Shown: positions 25,272 to 38,731, numbered from the whole stretch's first letter. The stretch: 60,962 nt of DNA, filler included, from Circinaria calcarea (GCA_051942165.1; 15 parts of 15 records of this genome joined end to end with filler, not necessarily neighbours in it); one strand, 5' to 3'. Numbers and translations are program-made. Notes: generated by a model not told the origin, from the sequence alone.

Positions 25272-26597
25272 ATGAAGAAATTGTTACCTAATCTCAGAAC
25301 GTTTGCAAAACTCGCTGGGATGAGAGCATCCGGAAGAAGTGGCAGCATCATCGCTCCATATGCGTCTGTTGAGGCATTGGACCATCCATTAAGCATTGAG
25401 AGTACAGACAATTCAGCTATCCGTCCTTCTATCCCTCGGTCGAAACGCCTCTTCAGTGGCTGGCGGTTCGGTGTCACTATTGGTACCCTACTGGCGACAA
25501 TTGTATTCTTGGAATGCGCTGGGTAATATGCATTGCACCGTAAGTCAGCGCGCTCTTAGAGATTCATTCATCGGCTCTGACATACACGCAAGGTGATAGC
25601 CATGATTAGTCTTACCTACTCCTTGTTTTCCACTCGGGCAGATTCGGAGCCCTCATGGAACGTTGGAGGCGGCGAGGAGGACGTCTCCAATCTCATTCAA
25701 TCTGAATTCAACCGCAGCTTTTTAACCACTGTAGTTCTTGTCAATCTTCCTTAGCTCATCGCCTCCTACATCTATGTTGTCTACAACAGCCTCTTCACAT
25801 GTATGCTACTCACCGTAGAGTGGAGCTAATACGCTCATCATCGCAAGGGCCTTCGAGTCACGTATCCTAAAGGTCATCAACGCTCAACCTACTATTTACA
25901 GCTACCGTATAGATATGCTATCCCGCTGCTTATTGTCTCGGGTCTGCTTCATTGGTTCATCTCCCAGAGTATCACCATGGTCCGCTTAACGCTTTTTAAC
26001 CTTAATAACATCAGATACCAGACCATCTCAGCGTGCAGATACTCTCCATTAGCCCTAATCCTGTCCGTGGGCTTAGGAGTCCTCTTGATAACCGTGGCTT
26101 TAGTCATCGGATTCCTTCGAAAATATCAGCCGGGTATGCCGTCCGCAGCAACCAGCAGCGCTTCAATCAGCGTGGTTTGCCATCCGCCTGAAGACGAGGT
26201 TGATGCTGCCTTTTTACCGGTCATGTTTGGAATAGTTGAGGCGGGGGATGGAGTTAAAAGGGCCACGTTTAGTAGCAAGGTGGTTACACCAATAGTTCCA
26301 TCCTCGACAACGCATGCGGCACCACGGCCTTATGATGGGACTTCTAGCAGTACTACTCAACACAAGTCTTCACGCCACGCATGTCTTCCAAAACGGTCAT
26401 TCGTTAAGAAAACGGGGCTCCGGGATGCAAAAATTGACAACAATGAGAGTATGCTGGTGGAAGAGAAGGGAATGTTGCAATTGGAAAATCTTCCAGCGGA
26501 GAGTTTGATGAGCATGATCGGGGACGAGTGGAGTTGGGAGGAGAATGGGATGATAGGAGAGACGGTGGAGCAGGTTTTGACCAACGATACGGACTAA
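25272..26597 (+). pseudogene. DUF6536-type fungal multi-pass membrane protein pseudogene (internal deletion plus nonsense codons)
   Basis: SGWRFGV at the N-terminus, then NLP*LIASYIYVVYNSLFTCMLLTVEWS*YAHHRKGLRVTYPKGHQRSTYYLQLPYRYAIPLLIVSGLLHWFISQSI. Stops TAG 25752-25754 and TAA 25827-25829 are consistent with CAG/CAA>TAG/TAA. Confidence 0.72.
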
Positions 26598-28534
26598 TGG
26601 TCTGTGTTCAGGATAATAGCAAAATAGCCAAGGGGATGTGCTTGGATTGGGGTGAGCAGACAGGAGGCTGGGGGTTTTTGGAGACGATTTTCTATGTTGA
26701 TCATATGTATCTTAATAGATACTCATTTAGTTAATCTACGGGGGGGCTTCCTCCATGTTGACGTGGACCGACCATGTAAGAGGAAACCATCTCGGTTAGG
26801 TTAGTGTAGTGCTGGCCTCGGACTTTTCCATTGCTGCTGAAGGACAAGGTATCTTTCCAGAAAATAACTATTGGCCATTGCTTTTGCAAGAGTGTATCTC
26901 CTAGCGTTACGACATTTGGGTTCCTAGCCTTGCAAATATTAAGTGGACGAGATTTGCAATCGGAAAGTATCTGCGGACGTTTTTACCACCGTTCGCTGAC
27001 CTGGAATCTTTTGTTTATTTTGTTTTTCGACCTCGTCCAAACGATAGGTAAGAAGCTTTCTATCTTTAATATAGCACGTCCTCTTGAGTATCGCTCAGCG
27101 AGGCTAGTAAAGATGGGGCCGAGTCGGAAATAGATGTTATCTTCTCAGTATAGTAGATTTCAAGTACTCGGGGGAAAAGATCTATATCTTCTGGCCACTA
27201 TTTTCTTGCAGACTCGGTATCTATCAAATACCCCCCCTTATTTTTAGATCATGTGCTCTACAGTAGGCGTCTTATTCCGATGCTACAACTCTGCTGTATG
27301 GATAGGTTTAAAACAACGAGGAGTCCAATAAATAAGTTTGCGGCCCGGGTGATTTGAGTCTTTCATCTCTGCGTAGTTGGCGGTACTCGATGTGGGCCTT
27401 TGTTTATATATCAGGGGACACCTTACTCACCTTTCTGCGTCATCCTACCCGTACATAATTCTTGTAGTTGGAAGTCCATATGAAAAGATAGGGAAAGTTT
27501 GGTACTACCCAATGTTTCCTTTATTATAGTAAAAAGTTTGCTCATCGCGCCGTCCTAGCACCCTTGATGCACATACGCCGCCTGTGCTTACCCCGTTACT
27601 CACACATAGCTCTGTCCCTTATCCACCCGTGGTATATACTCGAGTCACGACCACATGAATCGAAGTAAAGATCCTTCGTTTCGAAGGCATGTTCTAAAAC
27701 CGTAGACTAGGGGAAGATTTCGCGAAAGAATGTGTGCACAAAACCCCAATTTCATTTGTGCTAAATCTCCCCTAAAAACTGGGTGAACTTCTCCCCCTAC
27801 CAAAACCCCATCCCATTGCACTTTTTGATCCCCCATCAAACCGCACCCTGTTCATCCCACTCCTTTTCCCCTTATATCCCAAACAGGACCAGCCCCCCAC
27901 GAACCTCAGACCGCGGCAACCGTCCCGGGTGCGAAGGTGCTCCGTACCAAGGATCCTGGATCACACTACGATGTTAGGCAAAATAAACCTTAGCGCGAAA
28001 TTTCGATAGCTCTTCTAGCAACCTAAATTAGGCTTTAAAATTCTCAACAAAAAAAAAACCCCCCCGTAGGTATAATTCCGAATCATTGTGCTTGTAGTCG
28101 CCGTCTGCTTTATCACAAAAAATTTTGAGGTTTTCGGGGGCGGGGGTTTAAATGAAAAAAACCACGCTATGGTAGGGGATTTTTTCTGGCCTGACAAATT
28201 CGTAATAAAAGTCCACGTAAAAACCCGTTCGAGATAAAATTCCCCCCGGAATTAAAAAAAGGCCCCCCCCCCCCCCGGCGCTTCTGAGAACTAGGGGGCC
28301 CTGGGACATTTTATTCGTCTCGGATCAGATGCTTTGCTTATACTCCGTATTATATGGGTTACGGCGACGGGGACGCAAACTCACCCTTGCGTAAACCAGG
28401 AGGGGGAACGGCCTTCAGCAAAAAAAGGACATATNNNNNNNNNNNNNNNNNNNNNNNNNNNNNNNNNNNNNNNNNNNNTTAATTAATTAANNNNNNNNNN
28501 NNNNNNNNNNNNNNNNNNNNNNNNNNNNNNNNNN

Positions 28535-29392
28535 GTGTAGATGATCAAGAAGGGAAGCAGAAGTTCCTCGACGCAGAAGGGGTGGAACTTTGTCTGATCA
28601 TGCTCAAGGAAGGAAAGATGAGTCGCCCACGTGCACTGCGCCTTTTGGACCATGCTCTGGGAGGTGAAGCGGGCGTTGCATGCTGTGAAAAGCTCGTGGA
28701 AGCCGCAGGCTTGAAAATACTTTTCACTATGTTTATGAAAAAGGTGCGAGAACTAGCTCCAATAGGTATATGGGTATTACTAACAATGTTCAGCATGACA
28801 ACCTAACTTCAGAGCATATCCTTGGAATCTTTGCGTCAATGCTCCGTTTACTACTTGGAGATTCTGCACCTAGGATACGTTTGCTAGGAAAATTTGTGGA
28901 GAAGGACTACGAGAAATTGAATAGGATAGTCAAGTTGCGTAGAGAATACGCATCCAAACTAGCTGCTGTCGATCGATCTATTAAAGAAGAACGAGCGGGA
29001 CTTCCGGCCGGTGAGCAGCAGGATCATACAGATGAGTGGTTATCGCGGCGGTTGGACGCCGGGCTTTTTTCTTTGCAGGTGAGCACAAAACCTGCTAATC
29101 TTATGGTTGTTTCTTCTAATAGTCCGAGAAGGCTATTGATGTTATCCTCGCTTGGCTCATCGCCGAGGATGATGGGGCGCGTTCGAAGATACGAGAGCTG
29201 ATGGCCGAACGTGATGAGACCTTCAGCAGTATCAAGAGCACTCTGGAAGGTCAACATTAAAGTCCCCCTATCTGAATTGGTTCATATGATGCTGACCCAA
29301 TATCAGAACAACTTGACAGTATGAGCGACCAATCAGACGACACCGATGCCACGATGAAGGATATGCTGAGTACTCTCATACAATTCCTCTAG
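28535..29392 (+). CDS. CTNNBL1: Beta-catenin-like protein 1 (Prp19-complex associated), C-terminal part, 3 introns
   Basis: KFLDAEGVELCLIMLKEGKMSRPRALRLLDHAL, RLLGKFVEKDYEKL, WLSRRLDAGLFSLQ-intron-AIDVILAWL. Confidence 0.9.
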
Positions 29393-29675
29393 GTCCTGGC
29401 GGAGTCGAGTCAGCATAATCTCCTGAAACTACTCACGCAACATAAAACTTAAACGAAGAAGGTAATCTTCATTTAGTATCATTAGCAAGGCCACCGACAT
29501 GGTTTGTGGCCGCAATGACTTTAGGATTTGACACATTGATGTGACTACAAATCATCTAAGAGCTAGATATACATTCCATTGTCACTATTGCCATTTTAGG
29601 TATACACCGTTTTATACAAGTGGGAGAAGGTAAAGCATTATAAACCAGAAGCCGCACTGTTTCAAAGACGGCTTA

Positions 29676-30340
29676 TCACCAATAGGGCTTCTTCGCATAG
29701 CCAAAGTCCCCATAACCCAGTCTCCCACTCCAACAAGACCAATACATACCCACCAGTCGACCTAAAAACAGTGGACAGACAACCGACCAAGACAACACCA
29801 ACAAAGCAGTTATCCACCTTGTATGGGGGTCACTGGAGCGGTTTACTATCCCTGCCCGAGGCATTGTCAACCCCCTGATCTCGAAGGTCTTGCAATGCAA
29901 TAGTGTTGAAGAGAATTGCCCCTATTATCGCGAACACAGGTATGCACTGCCGTTAAACTCCATACCGGACCCACACATCACGTGGAGAGCGCCGACCTCG
30001 AAACTTGTGTAGCCCGTGGCATTGAAGAGGTTATGAAGGACGAAATACTCGTCTGCGCCCCAGAGGTCATTGTACCTGCAACTAAGAACAACCAGAGCGG
30101 CCGTCTCCGCAACGGCACCAAAGCTCCAGCCTACAGCCAACATGGAAGGGATTACTACCAACAAGAGCAGCCGGCTCTGGTCAGATGTCATTCGGCCTGA
30201 TGGAAGTGGGGCGCTCAGGCTTGTTGATTGAGTCTTCAAAAGCAGAATGGGGAAGACGTTGGTTTGGGAGATTAGAATAAGGAGATTACGGTATCTCTTA
30301 AGCTATTGCTCTAGCAGACCAACCGAACACGGATAGCGGC
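29676..30340 (-). pseudogene. UbiA-superfamily prenyltransferase / membrane terpene-cyclase-like gene, frameshifted
   Basis: Joined frames give NQRLPHS..EDSINKPERPLPSGRM, YNDLWGADEYFVLHNLFNATGY, TIALQDLRDQGVDNASGR and RWITALLVLSWSVVCP; at least three frameshifts. Confidence 0.7.
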
Positions 30341-31734
30341 TTTGATGCGCAACTGCAGCTTCGTACGGTCTCAGTCAGGATTCTGGTGAGGGTCGTGGTC
30401 AGTCTCTCGGTCAGAAATTCGGTCAGGAGCTCGGTCAGGAGCTCGATCTATGAACTCGGTCAGGATTTTTCTCGGCGGGAATCGTGATTTAAAAAACTCC
30501 GTTAGGATCATCAGGAACTCAGCTAAAAGCTTTATTGGGAAATGTACTCTGGATTTTAATTAAAATCCTAGTTGAGGAATACCATCCTTAATTTAAAAGA
30601 TTATGGTGTTCGATCTTTTCACCAGCCCCTTTCTTTTCGGAGATTCCGAATTTAATTTTATTATTAAAGCTGTGGCAGGGAGGGGCTTAAGCAATGCATC
30701 AAGACGGTATTCAGTGTGTACGCAGTAGTCGATATATTGTGTAACGTATATACGCGATGATGTAAAGATGTGTGGTTCGCAAAGTGCGAAGCCAAGGGGA
30801 AAACCCTGTAGCCCACGCTAGTACTAATACGGGCAGTGCAGAACTTCTACATAGCATACGGTGTGCTTGGCTCTCTATTTAACAGGAACGTGACCAATAT
30901 CCATATTTAAACCCCATTTGTTTATTCAAAAAAAAAAAAAAAAAAGCACGGAGGTTGCATATATTCCCCGTTTCTCATATTTTTTCATCCCCTAACCCCT
31001 ATCCCACTTCCTCTCTTCCATTTCCTTTACCCCCTATTCCCCGGTCTCCACGCATATTCCCCACACTGGCTAGACGTGCATGCAACACGTATACGCCACA
31101 CGTATACGCCACACGCGTATACTATCTACGCCGACTACGCCTTACATATGCAATTTCCCAGCAACCTACAATACATGATCAACCGGCGATGATTGTGCTC
31201 CGCTCGAACAAGCAGTACTCGGCTCGGGTGAAATCTCGGCCTCCCCCCACCCCCCCCCCAATCAACTCTCTCGCATTTGCCCGCATTTGCAAGCTACCCA
31301 TACTTTTCCATCCTTAGCTGTCTTGTAACAAGAGGGTACCATAATATGAGAACCTAGGACCTAGGCTAGCACTTTTCCGCGAGCAGTATCGTTCCTTCTC
31401 AGAACGCGTTAGCCCATGATAACCGTATCCGTTGGCCCTTGTTGGAAAGCTGGTTGCCATCTGAGTGAGAGTTACGAGTCAGGGTGAGAGGATGGGGTTA
31501 TGACCAGTTAGATGGTCGACTGAAAGGGAACGCGAGCGAGAGAGATTCAATATGGAGATGGGAATAAAATAGGGGCAGTAAGGGACAATGGATTACCCGG
31601 TATGAGGGACGGGTGCCAGCCAATCCCTATCGTGTCAGCAATCAGCCTTCGAGAATTGGGTGACGGTCAAAAATTTCAGTTTCGATGTTTGGTGCTCCTA
31701 AAATCGAGATACGACAAAAACCCCATCTGCCGCC

Positions 31735-32506
31735 TTAGCTTTTAGTTCTTACAGCCATAACGCCTTGATCCGTGACTGCATTCATACACCCATCACCGCC
31801 CATTTCTTCGTTTGCCTCCTTTCCCTCTTCTTCCTCATCCTCGCCGAACTTCCAGTTGGCCTTTAGCGAGCGCGGAGACCCCTGCAGACTCATGTTCCTC
31901 GTCCCAGTATACGGCGCCGTTCCAACCAACTCGAGCAATATCTCATCGAGGTAGCGAAGAATGATGAACTGTTGATTTGACCATTTGAACAAGTTCGACA
32001 GAAAAAGCTTCTTCGTACCATCAAGAAAGGCAAACTGAAAGGTGCCTGAATCGGCCACCATTCCGAAGACACCTTCGCTCCTCCGATAGCCTCTTGATTC
32101 GAGTACAGCAGTCATACACACCATCAGCTGCGCCAACCTCACCGATCTCTCTCCCGACCGTTTGGCTCCAACGACCACAAACAGGAGAGATCCAGTATCG
32201 GCCTCGTCTTTCTCATGCCCAATCGCCCAATCGGCCCGTCCACGGACGATTTCATCGTTCCCATAACAGTCTTTGACTCTGACCTTAACGGGGACTTCTG
32301 TGGATAGGCATAATCGACGACGAGCATCTTGCTCTCCAAGGTTCCGAAGTCGATCAACGAGGATCAATTCGTGAAATATGCGCGGAACTACCTCCCCACA
32401 TCGGCTGCCGAGATAGGAACTCGTTTGCATTTCTCGAATCACCGTCACTATAGACAGATTAGAATCTCCCCACGCCCAATATTCAAGTCGAAAAGCATCC
32501 AACACA
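31735..32506 (-). CDS. Fungal PD-(D/E)xK restriction-endonuclease-like protein, 5' truncated
   Basis: EVPV...RGRADWAIG...VVVGAK...AQLMVCM...VFGMVADSGTFQFAFLD layout; the expected ExK glutamate is Gly here. Confidence 0.55.
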
Positions 32507-32606
32507 NNNNNNNNNNNNNNNNNNNNNNNNNNNNNNNNNNNNNNNNNNNNTTAATTAATTAANNNNNNNNNNNNNNNNNNNNNNNNNNNNNNNNNNNNNN
32601 NNNNNN

Positions 32607-33140
32607 CTCCGAGGAATGATTCGGTTGAGACACGAAGTGACAGTATCATCTCTCCAAGAGCAATCTCGTCTGGGGTCTTTGGGCCGGCTGTGAGGCTCTG
32701 AAGTAGGGACTGGATTGCTGGCGCTTTCGAGAGCCAACGATTGGAGTCACATGCTCTGTTTGGTGTCGATAACCGAGTTTCTAGGAAAGAGTCTGCACGG
32801 GATGACCCTTCCCTCGATGGGTCTTTGGACGTTATCCCACGTATCGAATCTTTATAGCGATCACTACCCTCTATCTTGGATACGCTGTAGGTAGACCCAT
32901 CAGAGAGATACACAGCGGATGTCCTGGAGTAAAGTATTAGCTACAGAATCACAGAGGAAAGGCCTGTAAAGTCCCACCCGTAGTCCAAAGCCAAGTGAAA
33001 TCCAACACCCGGATAGTCGAAGTGGTTCGGATCCGGACAACCATCACACATGATAGTAGCGTTGATAACTGAGATTCAGGGGTAGAAGGCTTCAAATGAA
33101 GCAGACACAAGGAAAACAGGAATAGTCTTAACGAAACATA
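32607..33140 (-). CDS. Hypothetical fungal protein, 5' portion, possibly disrupted
   Basis: GVGFHLALDYG-intron-TSAVYLSDGSTYSVSKIEGSDRYK...MILSLRVSTESFLG; the upstream hydrophobic leader contains an in-frame TGA. Confidence 0.4.
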
Positions 33141-33584
33141 ACTGTCGGAGATGTTATCTCCAAAAAAAATATTCCTCTACGTCTGAATTTATACACAGAC
33201 TATTCTGGGAAATGAACGGCCGAAGCCCATAGACGCGCCCGAGAAAAGGAAATGGCCGTCTTGACGCCTACGTGACTAGATAAGACTTTCCTTACCGTTA
33301 GATATATCCAGAAGCTTCTTGCTGTAACCAATGATCACAGCGCAAGTCCTTAAAAAGTCGGTCTTGTCCTATAGCTCGGGGCGTAGGTGGCTGGACATTG
33401 TTGAAGCCTATAATAGGTACAATCTCATCAAGTATCTGATGCTGGCCCCTTTTCTGATTACAGCATCGCGAGCTGCAAGGGGCAAGTAACGTGCACAGCA
33501 TATCTTAAGGAGGCTAGTGTCACAGTTCAAAATGGCAGCCCTTGAACACCAGCATCGTTCTGCACAGGGTGACACTGGGGTATC

Positions 33585-34771
33585 ATGGCCTATCTCTTGT
33601 TCAAGTATGCCTCGATATTGACAGCCGGGTTAGTTGGTTTCTACGCTGGTTTCCTCGGAACTGCTCAAAACGCCTTCCTTCTAAGCTCATATTGTCTCTC
33701 TTCATAAAATACAAATGACCTGGTTTAAGGATCTCGACGTTCCTGAAACTTTTGGCTTCCTCCGCGGCCAGACCACCCCGTTTTCCATCCGGTCCTCCAC
33801 TGGCGAAATGCTGTACGCCTGGCATATTCTACCCGTCGAATTATATCGTCAGCACGAGCTTGCCCTAGTGGCGGAACCCTCTGGCTTCGCATCAGATATC
33901 ACAACCCGCTTCGCCTTTAAGCTACTGCGCAATGATCCTGATGCTCAGTTGATCATCCACATGCATGGAGCCGCAGGTACCGTCCGGTCAGGCTACAGAG
34001 TTCCCAATTATCACGCACTGCCGGCAAGGCAGCCCAAAAGGATCCATGTCTTGACATTCGACTATTGAGGTTTTGGACGCAGCAGCGGCACGCCATCTGA
34101 GCGTGGACTTTGCCTCGATGCCGTTACGGTCGTCGAGTGGGCGACAAAAGTTGCCAGTATCCCACCCTCCAGAACCCTCATCTTTAGCCAATCTCTAGGC
34201 ACTGCTATAAGCCTCGCTGTTTCGGAGCACTTTGCATTGCAATGTCCGCCCATAGTATTTGCAGGCAGCGTCCTAGTCGCACCGTTTGCCGACGTGGCGA
34301 TGCTCGCGGCGACGTATCGTGTCGCCTGTTCAATCCCCATTTTGTCACCGCTGACCAGGTTTCCACTGCTGTCCAACTACCTCAGTACCTTTATACAGGA
34401 TAAATGGTTGAGCAAGGACCGTATCGCAGAATACATACGGGCCAACGAAGCTAATGGGGAGAAGTATCAGCTGACTTTGATCTATGCTGAGGAAGATTAT
34501 GACATTTCGTCGCATCACGCTAAAGTCGTCTTCTGGCACGCCGTTAATGCTACGGTGCCCCGAGGGATCAGCTACGACGAACTCGAGGAGACGAAATATA
34601 AGTCGAAGACGGATCTGGGCGCTGCCCGGGTCGATCATGGAGTGGCGGACGGAAAACGGCGTTATCAGAGAGGAGATACTAAAAACCGGCCTAAATGATA
34701 TTGTTATGGGCTACCCGGTAATCACCATGACCGTTATGCCGATTTCAGAAGCCGGGCGGATCCTCGTTTAA
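33585..34771 (+). pseudogene. ABHD12/Bem46-like alpha/beta hydrolase pseudogene
   Basis: LYAWHILP, HMHGAAG, VLTFDY*GFGRSSGTPSERGL (TGA 34066-34068 in place of Arg), SQSLGTA (for GQSLG), TAA 33682-33684, frameshifts near 33660 and 34625. Confidence 0.85.
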
Positions 34772-36132
34772 ATAATGCGTATATGAAAGGAGGGAGATCT
34801 TTAAAAAGTCGTCCACCCTCAGAATAGCTGTAGCTCGGTGCAGAAACATACTACCGGAGTAGAGCTGGCCCGCTGGCATAAAGGCTAGGCCTCGACGAGT
34901 TTGAGGACGTGTGGTCATGGGATCCGAGGGTAGCCTTCGAATTGCCTACCTGCGAGTAGAGCTCCTCTGATTGATCATCGTATAGCTGGGCCTTATTATT
35001 TCGCGGTCGTGCCTTTCTGTAAATGAGGCTAGGAGTCGTCGAGTGGTTGTCCTTCCTCGTTCACAGGCATTTGCGTCTCTATCTTTGCTGGTATAGGATT
35101 GTTCATTCCATCCGAGCTACAAGCTGAATGATGTTGTGCTTTGGTAAAGTGCTATTAATAGACTGGATCAAGCTGCCCACCCATCCCATGAGTTTCCCGC
35201 GCTCTGACGGGCCATACCATATCTCTAAGTTCTTTAGTGTAAATCAGGAACTCGGGAATATGTCATTGCTGCCTGCGCGGAAAAGCAACGCATAGCTATG
35301 TGTTTCCCGGTCCAATCTTGACGATCGTTACTCTGCGGTGGTAAAAGGAAGTAATACGGATGCACGGAAGGCAAGTACGCCCGGTCCAAGCTTTTCTGGA
35401 ATGACCCGGCTGCGGTCCGCTTCGACCGAACCAATGACCGACCGCCAAACCCCCACGCTGTCACTTCCTCGGTAGTTGCTTCTACGTTTCGTCTCAGTTG
35501 TGGTACGGACTAACTATGTCGCATGACATCTGACATGTGCTGTCGCATCACCCGCGTCTCCCCGATGAGGTTATGACTCCTCGATCTGTAGGCGCCACTT
35601 CCATGATTTCCTTCAATGTTTCCTTTTCTACAAGTGGACATCTCCACCATTGTTCATATGGTCTCTCCGCCGACAATCCGAATTTCTTGAATTGGCAAAG
35701 GCTCGCGAGCTTTAATTTTAAACATTGTCAGAGCGGATTGCAGATTTCACTTCATGTCGGAACCCAAATCGGCGGCGTACCGTGGTTGAGGAAGTCTACG
35801 TTCGGATTCGGATGTCATGGCGTTTAGCGGAGATTAGCCGTCAGCATCGAGAGTGGAAGGTGAGAGGTAGATAAGAAACCGGGGGCTGTCGCGACCTCTT
35901 GAAATCCCGGATTGCTGAATAGAGAGAAAAAAGGGTCATCTTTTCCCTCATAACTGTTTTGTGCTTTCAATTTTTTCCTGGCTGTATTCCTGTTGTCCGA
36001 TTACGACTTTTAAAAAAGTAAGAATAGAAGAATCGCGTATTGCTGCCTAGGTACGCTACTGCATCAGTCATACTGGTGTCAAACATTTCTACTCCAGTCC
36101 CTGCCTGCAGCATATCCCTCATACAATATACC

Positions 36133-36577
36133 ATGGACGCATTGAGATCAGTAGCTCTCGAGCACAGTACCTCAATGAGCTCAGAGCCGTCGACTCTCCG
36201 TCAACCCCTGCAGTTATTGCCTGCTACACCACTCAATAAGCGGCCGACGCCGATTCATATTACCAGCTCGCCTTCGAAGCCCTTGTGTGTACAGACCGAA
36301 CTGTTACAAGCACCGGTACACTCGGACAGGGGCGATGTACTGACACCCCCACACACGCCAGGCTCGACGGTGACCCAAGACCCGTTCTTGAGCACTTCGG
36401 GAGGGAGTATTGATGTGTCGGAAAAGGATGACGAGAAAAGGCAGAAACACCTAAACTGGTCGGATACCACTCCAAAACCTTATCGGCGAAAACACAAGCT
36501 GCTTGGTGGTGCATCCAGCAGCGGTCATGAAGAATTCGGGCGAGGAGTGTGGAGTGTAGTTTACCGCGCCGAGGAAC
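36133..36577 (+). CDS. Probable Ser/Thr protein kinase, N-terminus only
   Basis: S/T/P-rich leader followed by the Gly-rich loop EFGRGVWSVVYRA at the contig end. Confidence 0.6.
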
Positions 36578-36910
36578 NNNNNNNNNNNNNNNNNNNNNNN
36601 NNNNNNNNNNNNNNNNNNNNNTTAATTAATTAANNNNNNNNNNNNNNNNNNNNNNNNNNNNNNNNNNNNNNNNNNNNACTTTACGTGTTTGATTACGCCC
36701 GAAATAAATCCTCACATAGAGGTAGATCTCCATGTGGTTTTGGTCGCTACCCACACCAGCTTTGGAATCAATATTGAATTTTATTTTGAAAATATTCCCA
36801 CTTCATTTATCAATGGTAATTTTTCGACGCAGCGTGTCACAAGAGGCAGACACGAAGCAAGAGGCCTTGAAGTCGGCCTTCGAGCTGAGATGGAGTATGC
36901 AGATTCTACA

Positions 36911-38731
36911 TCAATCTTTTTGATTTACGATGCCCTCGCGTGACACAGCGCCTAGCGGGCTTTTCTCCTTCTGGTGCTTATCGAAACAACCTTTGACCAA
37001 CTCTATCAACAAGGGCGCCGCATCTCGCGATACCACCAATGCTGCCCGCAGCTCGGCCAAGCTCCGCAAGCTAATCTTCCATCGCCCGAGTTCGAAGCGT
37101 CGATGCAATTCATCATCTGTCAGCACCTCGGAGGTCGACGAGCCCACTCCGGAAACACTGCGCGCATAGATCCAACGATCTCCATCCCTCGTATTGGTTG
37201 GGAAAAAGTAGAGCCATTCGAGTTTGTTACAGTCGACATGTGACGCACCACGCTCGCGGAGGCCGTAAAAGAGACATTCGCAGGCGTAAACCCGGATGCA
37301 AGGAACTGCAAGGAGTGCATCGCCCACGCTGATAAATGCTACCGCAGCATCATAGAGCTCGGAATTATTCATGTTGGCACCGGTGAACCATACGGCGCTA
37401 CGGATCAAAGGGTCACCGGTGACTGCCTTGATCTCAACGGATTGGTGTATCCTATCGAAAACCGTCTCGGGAAGTGAGCCGGTAAAAATCCAGTCTGCCT
37501 GTTCGAGATACGTAGAGAGCTATTGCCAGGAAACAGAGTCCTCCGAGTAGGCGTATACCCCACGAGGATGTATCGTGATCCGATACTTGGATAGCTCAGA
37601 TAGCAGCGTCATAGCATGCTGGCGATTTTCGATCGTACGTTCCTCCCAAGTCTTACCCACAACGACACTTTGCCTTCCGGCAGCTGCTCCTTCTACAAAA
37701 TAGTATATTACGCTCCTTGATATTAGCCATAAACCCTGGAAGCCAATCCAAATGTAGATGATCGTAGCTGGTTCCTGGTTCAGGAAAATAAAAATGCCAA
37801 ACAGTCCAACACTGTTGAAGATGGTCCCTACGATCATTGAAGTTTTCCAGAGCGAGTGTCGTCGGACAGTTGAAGGAATACCAATGATTAGCTTTCCGTC
37901 TTCACCAGCGTGTATAGGGGTTGGCAGAACTCCAGCTAGGATGTCCTGATTAGACTTTAAAGGGTGGTCTCTTCCTAACCCGGACGACTGGAGGACGATT
38001 GCTGCAACGAAAGCGTGAGCCCATCCTATCATTGTCCAGTACCAAAGGTCCTTGCTTCCTAACCTCCACAGGCAAAACACTTCCAATAGTTTTACTAACG
38101 ATGCCAACAATATAGCCCAGTCCTTCCAACCGGGGATTATACCGTCAACATCAGGAAGATACTGATGAACCAATATTGCTTCTCCACGGTCGGTAGCTTG
38201 AACGGTATCGAGGACCAACTTGGAGTTCTGGTCAAGTGTGAAGACAGCCATCGCCTTGCTTTCGAACCACTGTAGTGGTCCTCGGGTATAGGTCTCCCTG
38301 AACACCTGCCTAAGTCCCTTGTCGAACTGAGTAGCTAGAGTCCGCTCTCGGTTGCTACTTGTCCCCCGACTCGTTCCGTCAAACACAGCGATGTCATTCG
38401 ACCTTTGTGAGGCTACCCTAATGGCACACGCATCACCCAGGTCGACCCGGTTCTTAGATTGCTTGGCCTGGTCAATTGGCAGCATAACCCCGATGGCCTT
38501 GTCCACCACGGCATTCCTGAGCCCCATGGCCTCGCGTAGCCAGTCCGGAACTGAGGCCGAGAGACATGCTTTGGCGACGTGGATTTGGCCAAAGGAGCTG
38601 ACGGGGGCCCATACCATGCCACATGCACCTTTGAGTCCGTGCATCAAGGCCTCGGCAATGGGAGCGCCGATAATGGTGGCAACGGCGGATATCTCGACCA
38701 GACCTCCGCCTACCCTTTCAGCAGGGTTCAT
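36911..38731 (-). pseudogene. Uncharacterised fungal multi-pass membrane protein interrupted by one in-frame TAG (37520-37522)
   Basis: ORFs 37520-38731 and 36911-37408 are in the same frame and the sequence between them is open; several hydrophobic segments. Confidence 0.65.

Noticed and set aside
30385..30465. Short CTCGGTCAGGA-like repeats as a CRISPR-like array
   Set aside because: Degenerate ~12-bp minisatellite without unique spacers, in eukaryotic DNA.
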